A stretch of DNA of 64,000 nucleotides, from the NCBI RefSeq assembly GCF_000143415.4, contig NW_003314298.1:603014-667013 (forward strand), in the 5' to 3' direction. Below are positions 11,872 through 24,710 of the stretch, one piece after another; within the stretch, counting starts at the first letter, position 1, and the number at the start of each line of letters is the position of its first letter. The translations under genes were made by a program, and so were the position numbers. The stretch comes from Selaginella moellendorffii. Taxonomy: Eukaryota > Plantae > Lycopodiophyta. Under the pieces are notes generated by a model, which was given only the letters and a program-made list of their open reading frames with translations, had not been told where the DNA came from and did no database searches.

Positions 11872-14199
11872 GGTCGATATATGAATTTAGGGTAAACCAA
11901 ACTGGCCCCCTAATCCATTATCTCTTTTAGCAGCAAGTGGGTGGACATCTCTGAGCAAGGTAAACGAGCCTTGTCTGTGTTTCCAAAGCCGGAGGAGCTG
12001 GCCGGCTTCACTTACTGCCATGCGTTTCCTTTCCGCTCTGGGCTGAGGATCATGGTGGTCGCGCTATGCTCTGCATTGACAAAGTGAGCGGATGGATGAT
12101 GGGGGAGAGGTTAACCACGAGAGTGGGCTATTGAAGGTGATAAGTGGTATGGAGCTTGATGGCATTCGTGGGAGCAATCCTGACTACGACCCACAATGGG
12201 TTGTTGTGGGTGTCATGTTTTCTTGGACGACTTTTACTTCTTACGGCCTGTGGCTTTCGACATGAGGCGTCGTGTGTGGCCGAAATTCCCAAGAAGCTAT
12301 GGCTGCGTCCAACCATGTTGCCTTTACACCACTTTAGCTTCACAATAGCAAAGCTACTGTACTGTACAGAAACTGAAGTAGCTGCCTGCTTAGCGGGTTT
12401 GTAGGTGCAAATGGTACGTAGAACAAGACAGTTTGAGAATCTTAGAGTCCATAAGCCTCGAACTTGGCCGGCCTCCTCCTTGTTGGTGGGCATCTTGTCT
12501 GGATGCCTGACGATCGCTGGTGGCGATTTTGGAGTTAGGCTGCAGCGTTGATGAGTTCCATGGATAGTTCCATGGAGCCTCATGTGCCGCAAGCAGGGCC
12601 GTGGGGTGCGGGACCATTTGACGACTGTTGTTAGGGTTTTGGATTGAGAGGCAAGATCTTCCAGAAGTGGCAGTAGCAGCAGTAGCAGTGGAGGAGCTTG
12701 GTCAGGTGTTCAAGAACCAAATCAGTAGATGCTGTGCCTAATGGAGATGGAAATGTGATTTGAGGTGGATTTTATTATTACTTTGAGAGTTCTTGTGAGT
12801 ATCACTTTAATGAAAATAATTTTATTTATAGATTGAAAGAATATGTGATAGCAATGGTAAAAAAAGCATTATGGATCATGGCTAATCTCTTGTATGTGGT
12901 TATATGCAATTATGTTTCACTTGCTCACAAACACTTACTATCTCTTCATCAACATTTATCTAAGCATGGTAAGTTGATATTTATCTAGTTTTGGGAGTAG
13001 CCTTCTATACACATTCATCTAGGACTATCTCTGTTAAAGTGTTAGGAGGCTCTCTTTGGTCTAATGCTCTCAAATCTTATACATCTATTCTAATAAGGTC
13101 CATCATTTGGGGCATCTTGCCTCACATCATCAACTTTGCTCATATTGGAGAGTTTATCTTTGGTTTTTACTCAGTTTTGTCTCATTACAAGTAACATTTG
13201 AGTTCAAGGTATATTTACCTTCTTATTATTTTCTTCTAATTTTCCCAAATCTCTTAGAAATCATCGTTCTTTTCATCATTTGTATCATAAATCCTAGCTT
13301 AAATTGATATAGAGAGTATTTTGGATGGTGATGGTAGAATGTATTATGCTCATCATGTTTATATTAATGACTACTCTTGGGCAACATACAATCAAAATTT
13401 GAAGTGACAACATTGTAAAAACATTTAATTTATGATATTACTAGTAGTGTATACTATATTTAAAGAAACATTTTCCATATTAATATTAATTAACTAGCTA
13501 ATTAAACATGATTAAGCTAATATATATATATAAATTAGAAAAGTGATTAAAATACTAAATGAGACCTCCAAATGGTTTCACTTTAACAAAAATGGTCTTC
13601 CCCAGAAGTGGTTTGTATCTCCACAATACATGCAAAGGTAATTCTTAATCTAACATTGTCATTTAGTATTTGAAAAATGTCGTTGATATATGGCTCCAAT
13701 TTTCATTGGAATTGTGCCAAATTCATGTGTTGGTTGCTTAAAGACTAAGGCCATTAGATGGAGAACAATGCTCTAATCGACATTTTTGCAAGATTAATAG
13801 CAATCATGAGTGATATTAGATCTGTGTGAAATCTATATTATTATGGAGGCTAAGCCAAAATTGTTCCCTTAAAAACTATATCATCCCATGAAATATTAAT
13901 AGCAATCATCTAAAACTCAAATGTATAGGTAGACGTAGATCTGAAGCTTTAGCATAATTGCAACTTATTGTTAGGAGTTTGTCATTAAGAGGAGAGGAAA
14001 TAAACTACTAAGATAAAGATAAAAACAATAGAGAAGAAAAGACAAAACAATAGAGAAAAAATAATTTATGTTAAACACTTTGAATACAAAATCTTAGAAA
14101 CCCTCATTATATAATGTTTTAAAAAATTAATTTGGGTATAGATCCATACTAATTTTGAATGCCCATCTATTATATTTTTCAATGCGTGGGTATTCATAT

Positions 14200-15200
14200 T
14201 TGGTATTGTAATCATTCCTTTTATAATAACTTCTATCATCAAGTGAATAGTTTTGCTTATATATTATTTTATCAACTTAGGCTATATGTTAGCCTCTTAG
14301 TTGTTTAAACAAAGTTCTACACTTTTTAGCTAAATGCCTTTATTTTTTTACAAATTTGGCACTTGATTAGTGGGAGTTTGCATTCTTCCTTGCTATGACT
14401 TTCATTTTTGCATTTGATATACCAAATTCTTTGTTTGAAATTGGTTTGCAATTTGAGATTTCTTAAATAATTAGTTTCCTTATCAATAGGAATCGTCTTT
14501 TCGTCTACCTTCACTATGTCTACCATGTCATATTGTTTTGTAAGATCTTGGTAGAGAATCATGGCTTTTTTCAAGTTATTAAAATCTATATAAGCTCTCT
14601 TTATCACATGTTTACAATAATATATACAAAGGCCTTGTATGTATAGGTGTAGGCACATTTTGCCTGACATTAAGTCTTTATAATGTTTATAACACTTATT
14701 AAATCAAGTTGTATATTCCTCAATTGTCTCAAACTTTCTTTAATGAAGTTTTTGCAATTAATCATAATTTTTTCTTGAGTTTGTTTTCATGAAGAAACTT
14801 TAAGGAAAAATTTTGCTTGCTCATCAAATATGTCAAGCTTTTTGACATTATTGTTATAGTGCCAATTTTTAGCTTTAGTTTTTAGCGTATAAAGGAAAAA
14901 ATTCTTTTTCTGCCCATCTACTTGATTAAGCTTAATTGCTTTTATTTATTGCTTAATATGTAGTTATGGGTCCTCTCTTTTAATTCTAGAAAAAGATGGA
15001 TATATAATGATGGTGCTTATTGTTATTCTTGCAATTGCCATCGTACTTATCACAATTTAATAGAAAATGCTTTGTTTTGTAACTAGTATAGGTAAAACAA
15101 ATATTTAGTTCGTAAAGGAACCTAGATCACCATCAAAGGGTAAGGGTTATAAATTTAACTCTTCTTCTTTTTATAGGGAATCACTTCAGTTTTTTTATGT
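14200..15200 (-). pseudogene. Degenerate Ty3/gypsy gag remnant related to the 41046-54627 element
   Basis: Zinc-knuckle-like KCKNESHSKEECKLPLIKCQICKK matches KCKNEGHSISDCKFHSPKCQICDR in the 50898-52118 ORF. YTLKTKAKNWHY matches YTLKGKALEWYH. Interrupted at 15209 by the family A insertion. Confidence 0.65.
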
Positions 15201-15208
15201 TCCACTAC

Positions 15209-18200
15209 TGTAGCGCATGTGGTTTTTACCCTTTATCCTATGATGATTTACCATAGGATAACACCACGAAGCGGAACCTAAACCCTCTTTGTGCCACGTG
15301 ACAGATGCCACACGTCACATGCCATGTGTCCAAAGCACAGTGGTGCAGAACCCGAGTTTCAAGGCCTTGGGCCACTGAACGAAAGAACGGTGCCAAACTC
15401 CTAGGCTTGGAGCCAAGGAGTGATGGAACTGAACTATGGAGCAACTCCCGAGCATATAGCCCAAGGAGCGAAGGGACAGAAGCCCGGAGCGACTTGAAAC
15501 AGTCCTAGAGCAACCAGCATCCCAATGCCAAGACCAACACGGAAAGCGGAGCCAAACGGAGTCTGGCACTATTTCAGCATACCGGTGGCCTAATGTGAAG
15601 ACATGGGTACTCCACAAGCTAGCATGGTGTGGAGCTTGGGCTTAGACCTAAGCCGAACGTAGAACAAGGACAAGCACGCAAGCGGGAGCTAGACTATGCC
15701 TCAAGTTAGTCGGCCATGCTCGACCTACCCACTATCCCTACAATACATTTAGAACCCCCTACAGCAGCCCCCCCCTATACCCACTATCCCTACTATTTAG
15801 AACCCTGTACGCCCCCCCCCCTTGAGGAACACATGCTTTGGGCTTTCACCCGAAGCCACCCTTAGTATCAAGAGTTAATCTCTGGGACAAGCTTAAAACT
15901 TACTAAATATGAAATGGCGTTAGAATGCGAATTTGGACACGGGACGAACACCATTGTGTTCAGGCCAATCTCTACATTCCATAGATATGCCAAATTAGCA
16001 AATCTAGGCACTTTCCATAAATAGTATTTGGGACTAGAATGAGACTAACACAAAGGGTATGATAGCGAGGGTGTTTGGCAGACACGGTAAGCTATCATCC
16101 AGCAAATATTGAGGGACCAATCTCAATATCGTGGGAGTTCTTGATACTAGCAAGTGCAAGCCAATGACAAGAGTTTCTCAAACCGAGTCAAGTATGCTCA
16201 GCAAGAAACACATAGGAGTTCCTACCTTATGTTTATCCGATTTAAGTGCACGGTCAATTGATTAGTTTCTCAACTAGCTCAAGTGGGAACTGATAATGGG
16301 TCCAGCAATACCGACTTTTTGCCGTCGTGGTAGTAAGGAAAGAATATCCGAAAGGACTAGCCGACAAGTAACTTTCGATACCCGAAGTCATATTCACAAC
16401 ACTCTCCCCCCCTAGGGAAGATCGATATCCTCGTCGATGCATACTCAAGTCTAGAATACTGCCAAGGAAACAACTCCAAAAAAAATTCATGGTATTCACA
16501 CTATGTGAGAGATGCACCAATTTAAATGAGTTAGGAGGCAACCTCTTTGTCTAACGCGGATATGCTACCAGTTCAGACACCTTCCGGCCATCACCGACAA
16601 GGAAATGACTAACGAAGTCAGCCACCCTTGCTACTCTGGGTGTCACCCAGCTACAAAAGTGTGATATGCCCCTGCTCGCAAGGACATAGAGAGAAAAGTA
16701 ACACAAAAGGCATGATAGTGAGGGTGTTTGGTAGACACAATAAGCTATTATATAGCGATATTGAGGGACTAGTCTCAATACGCGAGGGTTCTTCTCAAGC
16801 CAGTGCAAGACAGAGCAAAAGAGAACTAACAAACCAGGCCAAGTATGCTCAACTAAATAGACACTTAGGAATTCCTTCTTTATGCTCATCCAGCCAAGTA
16901 TAAATGCTAAACCCAGTTTACTAACACTTGAACAAGAGGGGTTGACAAAGGGTTTAGCAATACCGACCTCCTGCCATCGTGGCAATAAAAAAAGAGTGTC
17001 CGTAAGGACTGGCCGATAGGTAACTTTCGATACCCGAAGTTACATTTGTGACACTCTCCCCCTCTAGGGAAGATTGACGTCCTCGTCGATGCATACTCGA
17101 GTCTACACCACTGCCAAGGAAACAACTCCCGAAAAAGTTCACAGTGATCACACTATGTGAGAAATGCACCAACTTAAATGAGTTAGGAGGCAACTTCTTT
17201 GTCTAACGCAGATGCGCTACCAGCTCAGACATCTTCCGGCTATTGCTGACAAGGAAATGACCAACAGAGTTAGCCACCCTTGCTGCTCTAGGTGTCACCA
17301 AGTTTAGTCCTTTCGGATATTCTTTTCTTACTGCCACGATGGCAGGAGGTCAGTATTGTTGGACCTGTTATCAGTTCCCACTTGAGCTAGTTGAGAAACT
17401 GGTCAATTGACCATGCACTTAAATCGGATAAACATAAGGTAGGAACTCCTATGTGTTTCTTGCTGAGCATACTCGACCTGGTTTGAGAAACTCTTATCAT
17501 TGGTTTGCACTTGTTAGTATCAAGAACCCCACGATATTGAGATTGGTCCCTCAATATTTGCTAGATGATAGCTTTGCCAAACACCCTCACTATCATGCCC
17601 TTTGTGTTAATCTCATTTCGGTCCTAAATACTATTTATGGAAAGTGTCTAGATTTGCTAATTTGGCATATGTACGGAATGTAGAGATTGGCCTGAACACA
17701 ATGGTGTTCATCCCGTGTCTAAATTCGCATTGTAGTGCCATTCCATATTTAGTAAGTTTTAAGCTTGTCCCAGAGACTAACTCCTGATACTAAGGGAGGC
17801 TTGGGGTGAAAGCCCAAAACTTGTGTTCCTCAAGGGGGGGGCGGGGGGGGGGGGTTCCAAATGTATAGTAAAGATAGTGTGTAGCTCAGGCATGGCTAAC
17901 CAACCTGAGGCATAGTCTAGCTCCCGCATGCATGCCTGTCCTTGTTCTGCATCCGGCTTGGGTCTAAACCCAAGCTCCACACCATGCTAGCTGGTGGAGT
18001 ACTAGTACCCATGTCCTCACGTTAGGCCACCGGTATGCCGAAATAGCACCAGACTCCATTTGGCTCTGTTTTGCATGCTAGTTTTGGCATTGGGATGTTA
18101 GTTGCTCTAGGGCTGTTCCAAGTTGCTCCGAGCTCCTGTCCCTTCGCTCTTTGGGCTGTATGCTCGGGACTTGCTCCGTAGTTTGGTTCCATCACTCCTT

Positions 18201-21200
18201 GGCTCCAAGCTTGGGAGTTTGGCACCGTTGCTTCGTTTAGTGGCCCAAGGCCCTGAAACTCAGGTTCCACACCACTGTGCTTTGGACACGTGGCATGTGA
18301 CATGTGCATCTGTCACATGGCATAAAAAGGGTTTAGGTTCTGCTTCGTGGTGTTATCCTATGGTAAATCACCATAGGATAAAGGGTAAAAACTACGTGCG
18401 CTACATTTGGTATCACAGAATGAGTCTCAGTGAGTACTATTCAATGAGATTGGGCAACTAGTCTCGTTGCATACGCAGAGATGAAAACGATGATCCGAGT
18501 GGGTACACGTTTGGGTGCTAAGACTTTGCAATCGTTCCTTGGGTATGGATTTGGTTACCTTTTTGTACCGTAATAATATGAGTTTGCTCTTGGGCTCATA
18601 AGATGGATTGAGACGTTCTGTTTACATAAGTTTTTGCTTGGGCTTATGAGTGAGGCATATTAGCAACTCGAGGTTACACTTTGAGTTGGCAGGATTAATA
18701 TTAGCCTATCAGTGGTCCCATGAGTTGTTCCAATGGTTCCATGAGTTGTTCCATGTATCGTGGGTGAAAGTAAACCTTCCCTGGGTTTACTATGAGTGGC
18801 AAATAAACTGGTCCGTAGCTGTTTAGCACGGCACTAGTGGATCCTTCCTAGGCATGATTATGAGTGGATCAATCAAGACTGTAGGGATTAATCTATTGAT
18901 TCGAGTAGTCACTGCCGTGCTCTCTTATAAATTTTTCTTGGATTGGACTAAAGGCAGTGCAAAAGCAAGCTTGAGGTTTAGTCAAAGATAAAACCGAAAA
19001 GAGAGTCATCAAGGACGAAGGATCAAACATGTAAATTATCTTCTCTTTCTGGAGAGGTGATTTGTAACGAGGTGTGACCCATTGCTCATATTCACAGTAT
19101 ACAATCAAGAGTCTCTACTTTGATGCATGTTGGAAATAATAGTCTTGCAAATGGTGAGTTATGGGATGGATAATGGTGAAATGCTAAACCATTTTGTCTA
19201 AGCTCACTATTAAAAGACTTGGGTTGCAATGCTCAATTTTTTTCTAGGGAACCTTGCTATTGCTCCTTGAGTAGCTTGGTGTTGGATTAGTTTTGAGTTT
19301 GGTAGGAAAGAAAGTGGCATGAGCTTGTCTGTATGGTGAACAAAAAGTTAATGGTGTTGGGTATTGTAAATCTCTATCAGTGAAATGTGGTATTTATGTT
19401 GCATTTTGTTGAATTGAGTTGACACTTGATTCTTACGTAAACCTTTGTAGTAATGACATGGGCGTTACTCGTAGTGTTGCTCGATTGATGATCAAGTCAT
19501 TGTGATACTCATATCATATCTATATAATAATGAGCAATGTGTTTATGAAGTTGCTTGGTTAAACGATGATCAACCCCAAAGTGGTTGATAGAAAAGTTAG
19601 TCTACTTACAAATAGTAGCATTGTAGTAGCTTTGACTGGATTTTTGATGGTGATCCATTGTGCTAAGCTTAAGTTGGTTCCTTGTTTCTTGAAGGGTTTG
19701 CCCATAAAGTGTTAGAAAAAGGTTGTAGCATTCATTTGCTATAGCTTGTCAGTTGATCTGTTAGCACATGGAGTAGATTGTGGATGGAGGTGTGTAGTTG
19801 GGACATTAATATCACTAGCACTTGTGTTAGTGGAAGTGGCATTGTTATTTCGAGTGATGAGGAATTTTCTTTAGACCTTGATTTTTCATGTCATTTTTCT
19901 TGTTAGTGTTTTGACTTCACATTGAATCTTGAAAGCGATTGACGAAGAGTGTAGTGCAACGTGAATATCCGAAGATATGGTCTTTGTGATTAAGCCTTGG
20001 ATGTTCAATTTGCATTTTGATGTTAACTTTTGGGGCTAAGGCAATTGAGTTGGATAGAGCCTGGAGTTGGTGTAAAAAAGTGGCTGTTACGCTTTTCTAA
20101 GAAAGGTGACCCTTGTGCCTTTCTTTTATAGCGTTATATTGGTGCCAGGTTGCATCTTGCATTTCATTTAGACTCTATGAAAGTAGTGAACTCTCACTGA
20201 TCCTGACTTGGTCTTGGTGGCCCTACACCTTGGTTAAGGATGGTGATGTCCAACTTAGTTGTTTGAGGCTAAAATGTTGGTACCCGTACTATAGCTTTGT
20301 CTATGAGGAGGTTGTGTACCAATATGAGTCCATCTTATGGTCTTCACTTTAGTTTCGATTGAGTGTTGATCATGCATAGCTAACCTCTTCATTGATTATC
20401 CTTATCAAAGGTTTTGTTTGATTATTGTTAGTATAGAATGATTTGCTGTTCTTCGGGATGGTAGATTGTTTCTTTGACAATGATTTTGCATATTTCTTTT
20501 TGATGGGATGGTTGATGATCTTTCTTGATGGTTAGTTGTTCTCTTTGATAGCTTATAGCTTTTCGCAATACCACAAGTTGTTTGTGGTTTGCTCTGGATT
20601 GGTCTCTTGGGTTTGAGACATCAATAGGACGTTGTTAACACTTGCTTAAGCAACTCTGGTTCCTTGGTATTGTTAACTAGGATCTATTCAGATTGACTTA
20701 TGCGATGGTTGGCATGACTAGGTGTTTGTTGGTCTTACCACATTCATTCTGTTTTGTTGATTATTGTTCGAGTTAGTTCTGATAAATTAGGATGTTATTT
20801 CCTTGGGTGATACATTCGCGAGCATTTTGCCTATCAGTCAATGATACTTTGTGTTCTTTGAGCTGTCTTTTGTAAGTTTTTTGGCATGCTATCTACAATC
20901 TTTGGTAGTTATGTTTTCTCATTGAGTGTACTTGATGATATACTTGCTATTGAATTTTGTTGGATGGTAATCCTATGTTTTCCAATGATAGTGATCTTGG
21001 TGGTTCCTATACTGTAATACTTGTTTATCAGATGATAACTTACGTGGAATACTTTTGTGTTCTAATCTAAGCTTTATTCACTGATAATTAAGTCTTTGAA
21101 TTTGGGCCAGTATAGGTAGACTGGCTTCGGCACTTTGTGTGCATGTTGAAATCTCTAGTCATGGGGTAGCTACTATCGATTGGTCACATCACCTGCCTCT

Positions 21201-21407
21201 CTATCGATGATCCTTATTCTGTTAAAAGGGCGTGACTGTGTAAACAACTCTAACTCCCTATTTACAGTAGTCTATCTAAACCTTACCGACGGGTTTGGTT
21301 TCTTTGCTCAGGAGGGTTGGAGCCTCTGGTTTCTTTCTCTATGTCCTTGTGGGCAGGGGCGTATCACACTTTTGTAACTTTCAATACCCGAAGTCACATT
21401 TGCGACA
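15209..21407 (-). mobile_element. Complete family A LARD-like LTR retroelement with an internal inversion and a PPT/LTR duplication
   Basis: TSD ACTAC at 15204-15208 and 21408-21412. 3' LTR 15209-16401 with PPT at 16402-16413. Extra partial LTR + PPT at ~16689-17065. The 5' LTR is split into 21374-21407 (-) and 17305-18405 (+), with the PBS at 18408 (+). No gag/pol ORF. Confidence 0.88.
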
Positions 21408-21766
21408 ACTACTCTCAGTTGAAGCAAAGGTGTTTTCTATGTGCCAATGCTGCCAAAAAGGAGTAGTATATAAATTCACATATTATGAATGACCATCAAA
21501 ATCATATTGGGATTTCTGATCTCTTCTTCGTTGAAGTGTACTTAATATGCTTTTAGCTCGCTCTTTTTCAAGTTTTTCTTTAGCTTACTTGAATAATGAT
21601 TTAGTTTATTCTAAAGAGAGGTTAAGATCAAGCATATCACAAGCAAATGTTTTGTAATTTTATTCTAGATTTTATGAATACTTCTTTTTAAACTATCCTT
21701 CGCTTATCAAATTATGAGGGAAATGTTATATATCTATTACTTTATTTGGTATAAACAATAACAATT

Positions 21767-22600
21767 TTATGCATAAGGACTGAAAACTCGTAGATGTCTC
21801 AAGCTAATTTGCTTCCCAATCCAAAGACGATAAGGAATATCTGCAAGAGGCTGGGTAGGTATTTTGATTGCGAATATATATATAGCTATATTAATCGCCT
21901 CGACCGAGAATGATAGTGGCATTCCTATGTGAATAAGCATGCTATGTGCACTCTCTATAAGAGCCTGGTTCATTCTTTCAGCAACTCCATTTTGAACAGG
22001 ACTATCTAGAGCTGTAAACTGCTGCTGGATACCACTCTCATTACACAGCTTCATAAAACTTTGTGCCTTGTACTCGCCACCTCTGTCACTGCGTAAAGTC
22101 TTGAGCTGCTTGCCAAGAAGAATTTCAGCAGAAGCCTTGTAAACTTTAAAGTGATCAAGAACTTCAGATTTCTTGGCCAAAAGTCTCACGACTGTGTAGC
22201 ATGAGTAGTCATTAATGAATGTAAAAAAATACCTCATTCCACGATGACTTTGGACATGGAGAGGCCCACACACATCTGTGTGAACGAGCTCAAGAGGCAG
22301 ACTGCTCTTGGATTCTGAAAACTTTGGAAATGATGTGCGTGCTTGTTTTCCTAGCACACAAGCCTCATAAAATTCAAGCTTGCCTGTAAACTTGAATTCT
22401 TGTGCATGTGCTTGATCTCTGGACATTGCTTTGAGGGCGCCTTCATGCACATGGCCTAGACGCTCATGCCACAACTAGAGATTACTCGCTCGAGTTGAGA
22501 GCACTCAATCTGGCTGCTTATCTGGAACTACCATGGTGGCATTGAGTTTATAAAGTCCAGAATATCATTGTCCATAAGCCACTGTTTGATCTGTCTTCTC
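21767..22600 (-). pseudogene. Ty1/copia pol remnant (GAG-pre-integrase + integrase core)
   Basis: Motifs WHERLGH, ELVHTDVCGP, LRSDRGGEY and PVQNGVAERMN. Confidence 0.9.
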
Positions 22601-23819
22601 GTCTGGCATAATAGCCTGCTTGGTGTTAAAAAATAAAATAGAAACCGTTGTCAGAAGCTGCACCGATTGAGAAAAGATGATACGTCAAGCCCTCGGCCGT
22701 GGACAGAGGACACGAAGCTGCTCGTGCTCACGCCAGAGGGGATCGGCTTGGAAGTCTTGGAAGTGACGAGGCTGAGGTTGGTGTTTTTTTGACATAACTA
22801 CTCAGACAAATGTTTTGCAACTTTGTAAATGTATTCAAGGAAACCACAGAGTGCTTTGTGTAGATCGTCTCGTTTTGCCACTGCCAAAGCGTACACTTCC
22901 ATCTACCCCTGGAACGTTGTTTTATGGCATGGCGTTGCAAAAACAAAATAAAGAAAACTAAAGAGAACATAGACCTGGAAGGTTGAAGCCCCGGGTGTTA
23001 TCTAGTTCGTTGAACAACAAGCATCCTAGTTAGAACAAACAGTATACGAGTAGATTCAGGCATCTTTTCTTATAAATTCAATCATTGTTTTCATTGAGGT
23101 TGGACCATTGTCATGTATGTCTTCAGCTGGATTGAAGATCGCAGGTGCCCAACGTTGTTTCTCAGCTCCCAGGTCTTTGCGTTGAGCGCAGCAAGAATAT
23201 AACTCAAAGTGCTGACAATCTCTCCAAAACGTTGACACAAAATATCTCCAATCTAGTGGCATTTTTCTTCTTGGCACACGCTATGACATGGCGTTTTTCT
23301 TATCGTCGTTGACAGCACCAGCATATCACTTGGCTTCTTCATGACAAGAAATTAGAACAAATCGAAACATGTGCGAACCTGGCAATGTGAAACTCAACTT
23401 CCAATGATCATTAGTTTTGTTAGTATTCACACAGTTTTGTCCACATCGGTGAGTTTCCTTTCGCATTGAGAATTCCTTGGCCCGTTGTTTTGCGCTTTGC
23501 TTGTTTGAGTTGTTTGAGCATATCATCTTAGCTTGACTGTGTCACTGGTTCCCTTTTGCATTGCAATCGAAAAGAAAGAGCGTGGTGTCTTCAAACGTTG
23601 AGAGTTTTAACACGAATTCTTGATCGCCTCTAGCCTTTCTTTTATCGTTGGTTATACCTCTTAGCTTGTTGCTTCGCTTTCTTGTCCCCAGCAAATCTCT
23701 GTCTTAGTCGCTTCAAAGAAAACCCCTACCTAAATGAACTTACCAGTGCGAAGCTGCCTACCTGGACCACAACCCCAACCCCAAGACTGTTGGAACTAAG
23801 CTGAACATGCACACAACCA

Positions 23820-23891
23820 GGGCAGGTAGCTCAGTGGTAGAGCACCTGGCACCGGTGTAGGAGGTCCTGGGCTCAATCCCCGGCCTGTCCA
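23820..23891 (+). tRNA. tRNA-like cloverleaf inside TRIM LTR 1 (B box mutated to GGCTCAATCC)
   Basis: GGGCAGG/CCTGTCC acceptor stem, GCTC/GAGC D stem, 72 nt. Confidence 0.65.
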
Positions 23892-24024
23892 GATCCATTT
23901 TCCAACATGGTATCGGAGCTATGGTTGGATGGCCTGTGGTAGGCATGGACTGGGCAGGTAGGGATGTGTGGTGTGTTCAGCTTAGGGGGGAGTGTTAGAA
24001 CTAAGCTGAACATGCACACAACCA

Positions 24025-24096
24025 GGGCAGGTAGCTCAGTGGTAGAGCACCTGGCACCGGTGTAGGAGGTCCTGGGTTCAATCCCCGGCCTGTCCA
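24025..24096 (+). tRNA. tRNA(Ala)-like cloverleaf inside TRIM LTR 2, non-canonical anticodon loop
   Basis: A box TAGCTCAGTGG, B box GGTTCAATCC, 7-bp acceptor stem with G3-U70 and A73, 17-nt anticodon arm, 5-nt variable loop, T arm CTGGG/CCCGG. TTTT lies just downstream. Confidence 0.75.
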
Positions 24097-24638
24097 GATC
24101 CATTTTCCAACATGGTATCGGAGCTATGGTTGGATGGCCACCTGGCACTGGTGTAGGAGGTCCTGGGTTCAATCCCCGGCCTGTCCAGATCCATTTTCCA
24201 ACATGGTATCGGAGCTATGGTTGGATGGCCTGTGGTAGGCATGGACTGGCAGGTAGGGATGTGTGGCGTGTTCAGCTTAGGGGGGAGTGTTGGAACTAAG
24301 TTGAACATGCAGGTAGGGATGTGGTAGGCATGGACTGGCAGGTAGGGATGTGTGGCGTGTTCAGCTTAGGGGGGAGTGTTGGAACTGTGGTAGGCATGGA
24401 CTGGCAGGTAGGGATGTGTGGCGTGTTCAGCTTAGGGGGGAGTGTTGGAACTAAGTTGAACATGCAGGTAGGGATGTGTGGCGTGTTCAGCTTAGGGGGG
24501 AGTGTTGGAACTAAGTTGAACATGGTATCGGAGCTATGGTTGGATGGCCTGTGGTAGGCATGGACTGGCAGGTAGGGATGTGTGGCGTGTTCAGCTTAGG
24601 GGGGAGTGTTGGAACTAAGTTGAACATGCACACAACCA

Positions 24639-24710
24639 GGGCAGGTAGCTCAGTGGTAGAACACCTGGCACCGGTGTAGGAGGTCCTGGGTTCAATCCCC
24701 AGCCTGTCCA
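24639..24710 (+). tRNA. tRNA-like cloverleaf inside the last TRIM LTR
   Basis: Same 72-nt fold. A T-stem U-G pair is converted to U-A, and there is one D-stem mismatch. Confidence 0.65.

Noticed and set aside
1-20103. Giant TIR transposon enclosing the Crinkler-like gene (1-3134 inverted against 17305-20103)
   Set aside because: The inverted homology is explained by two independent family A insertions, one with its own TSD and an internal inversion.
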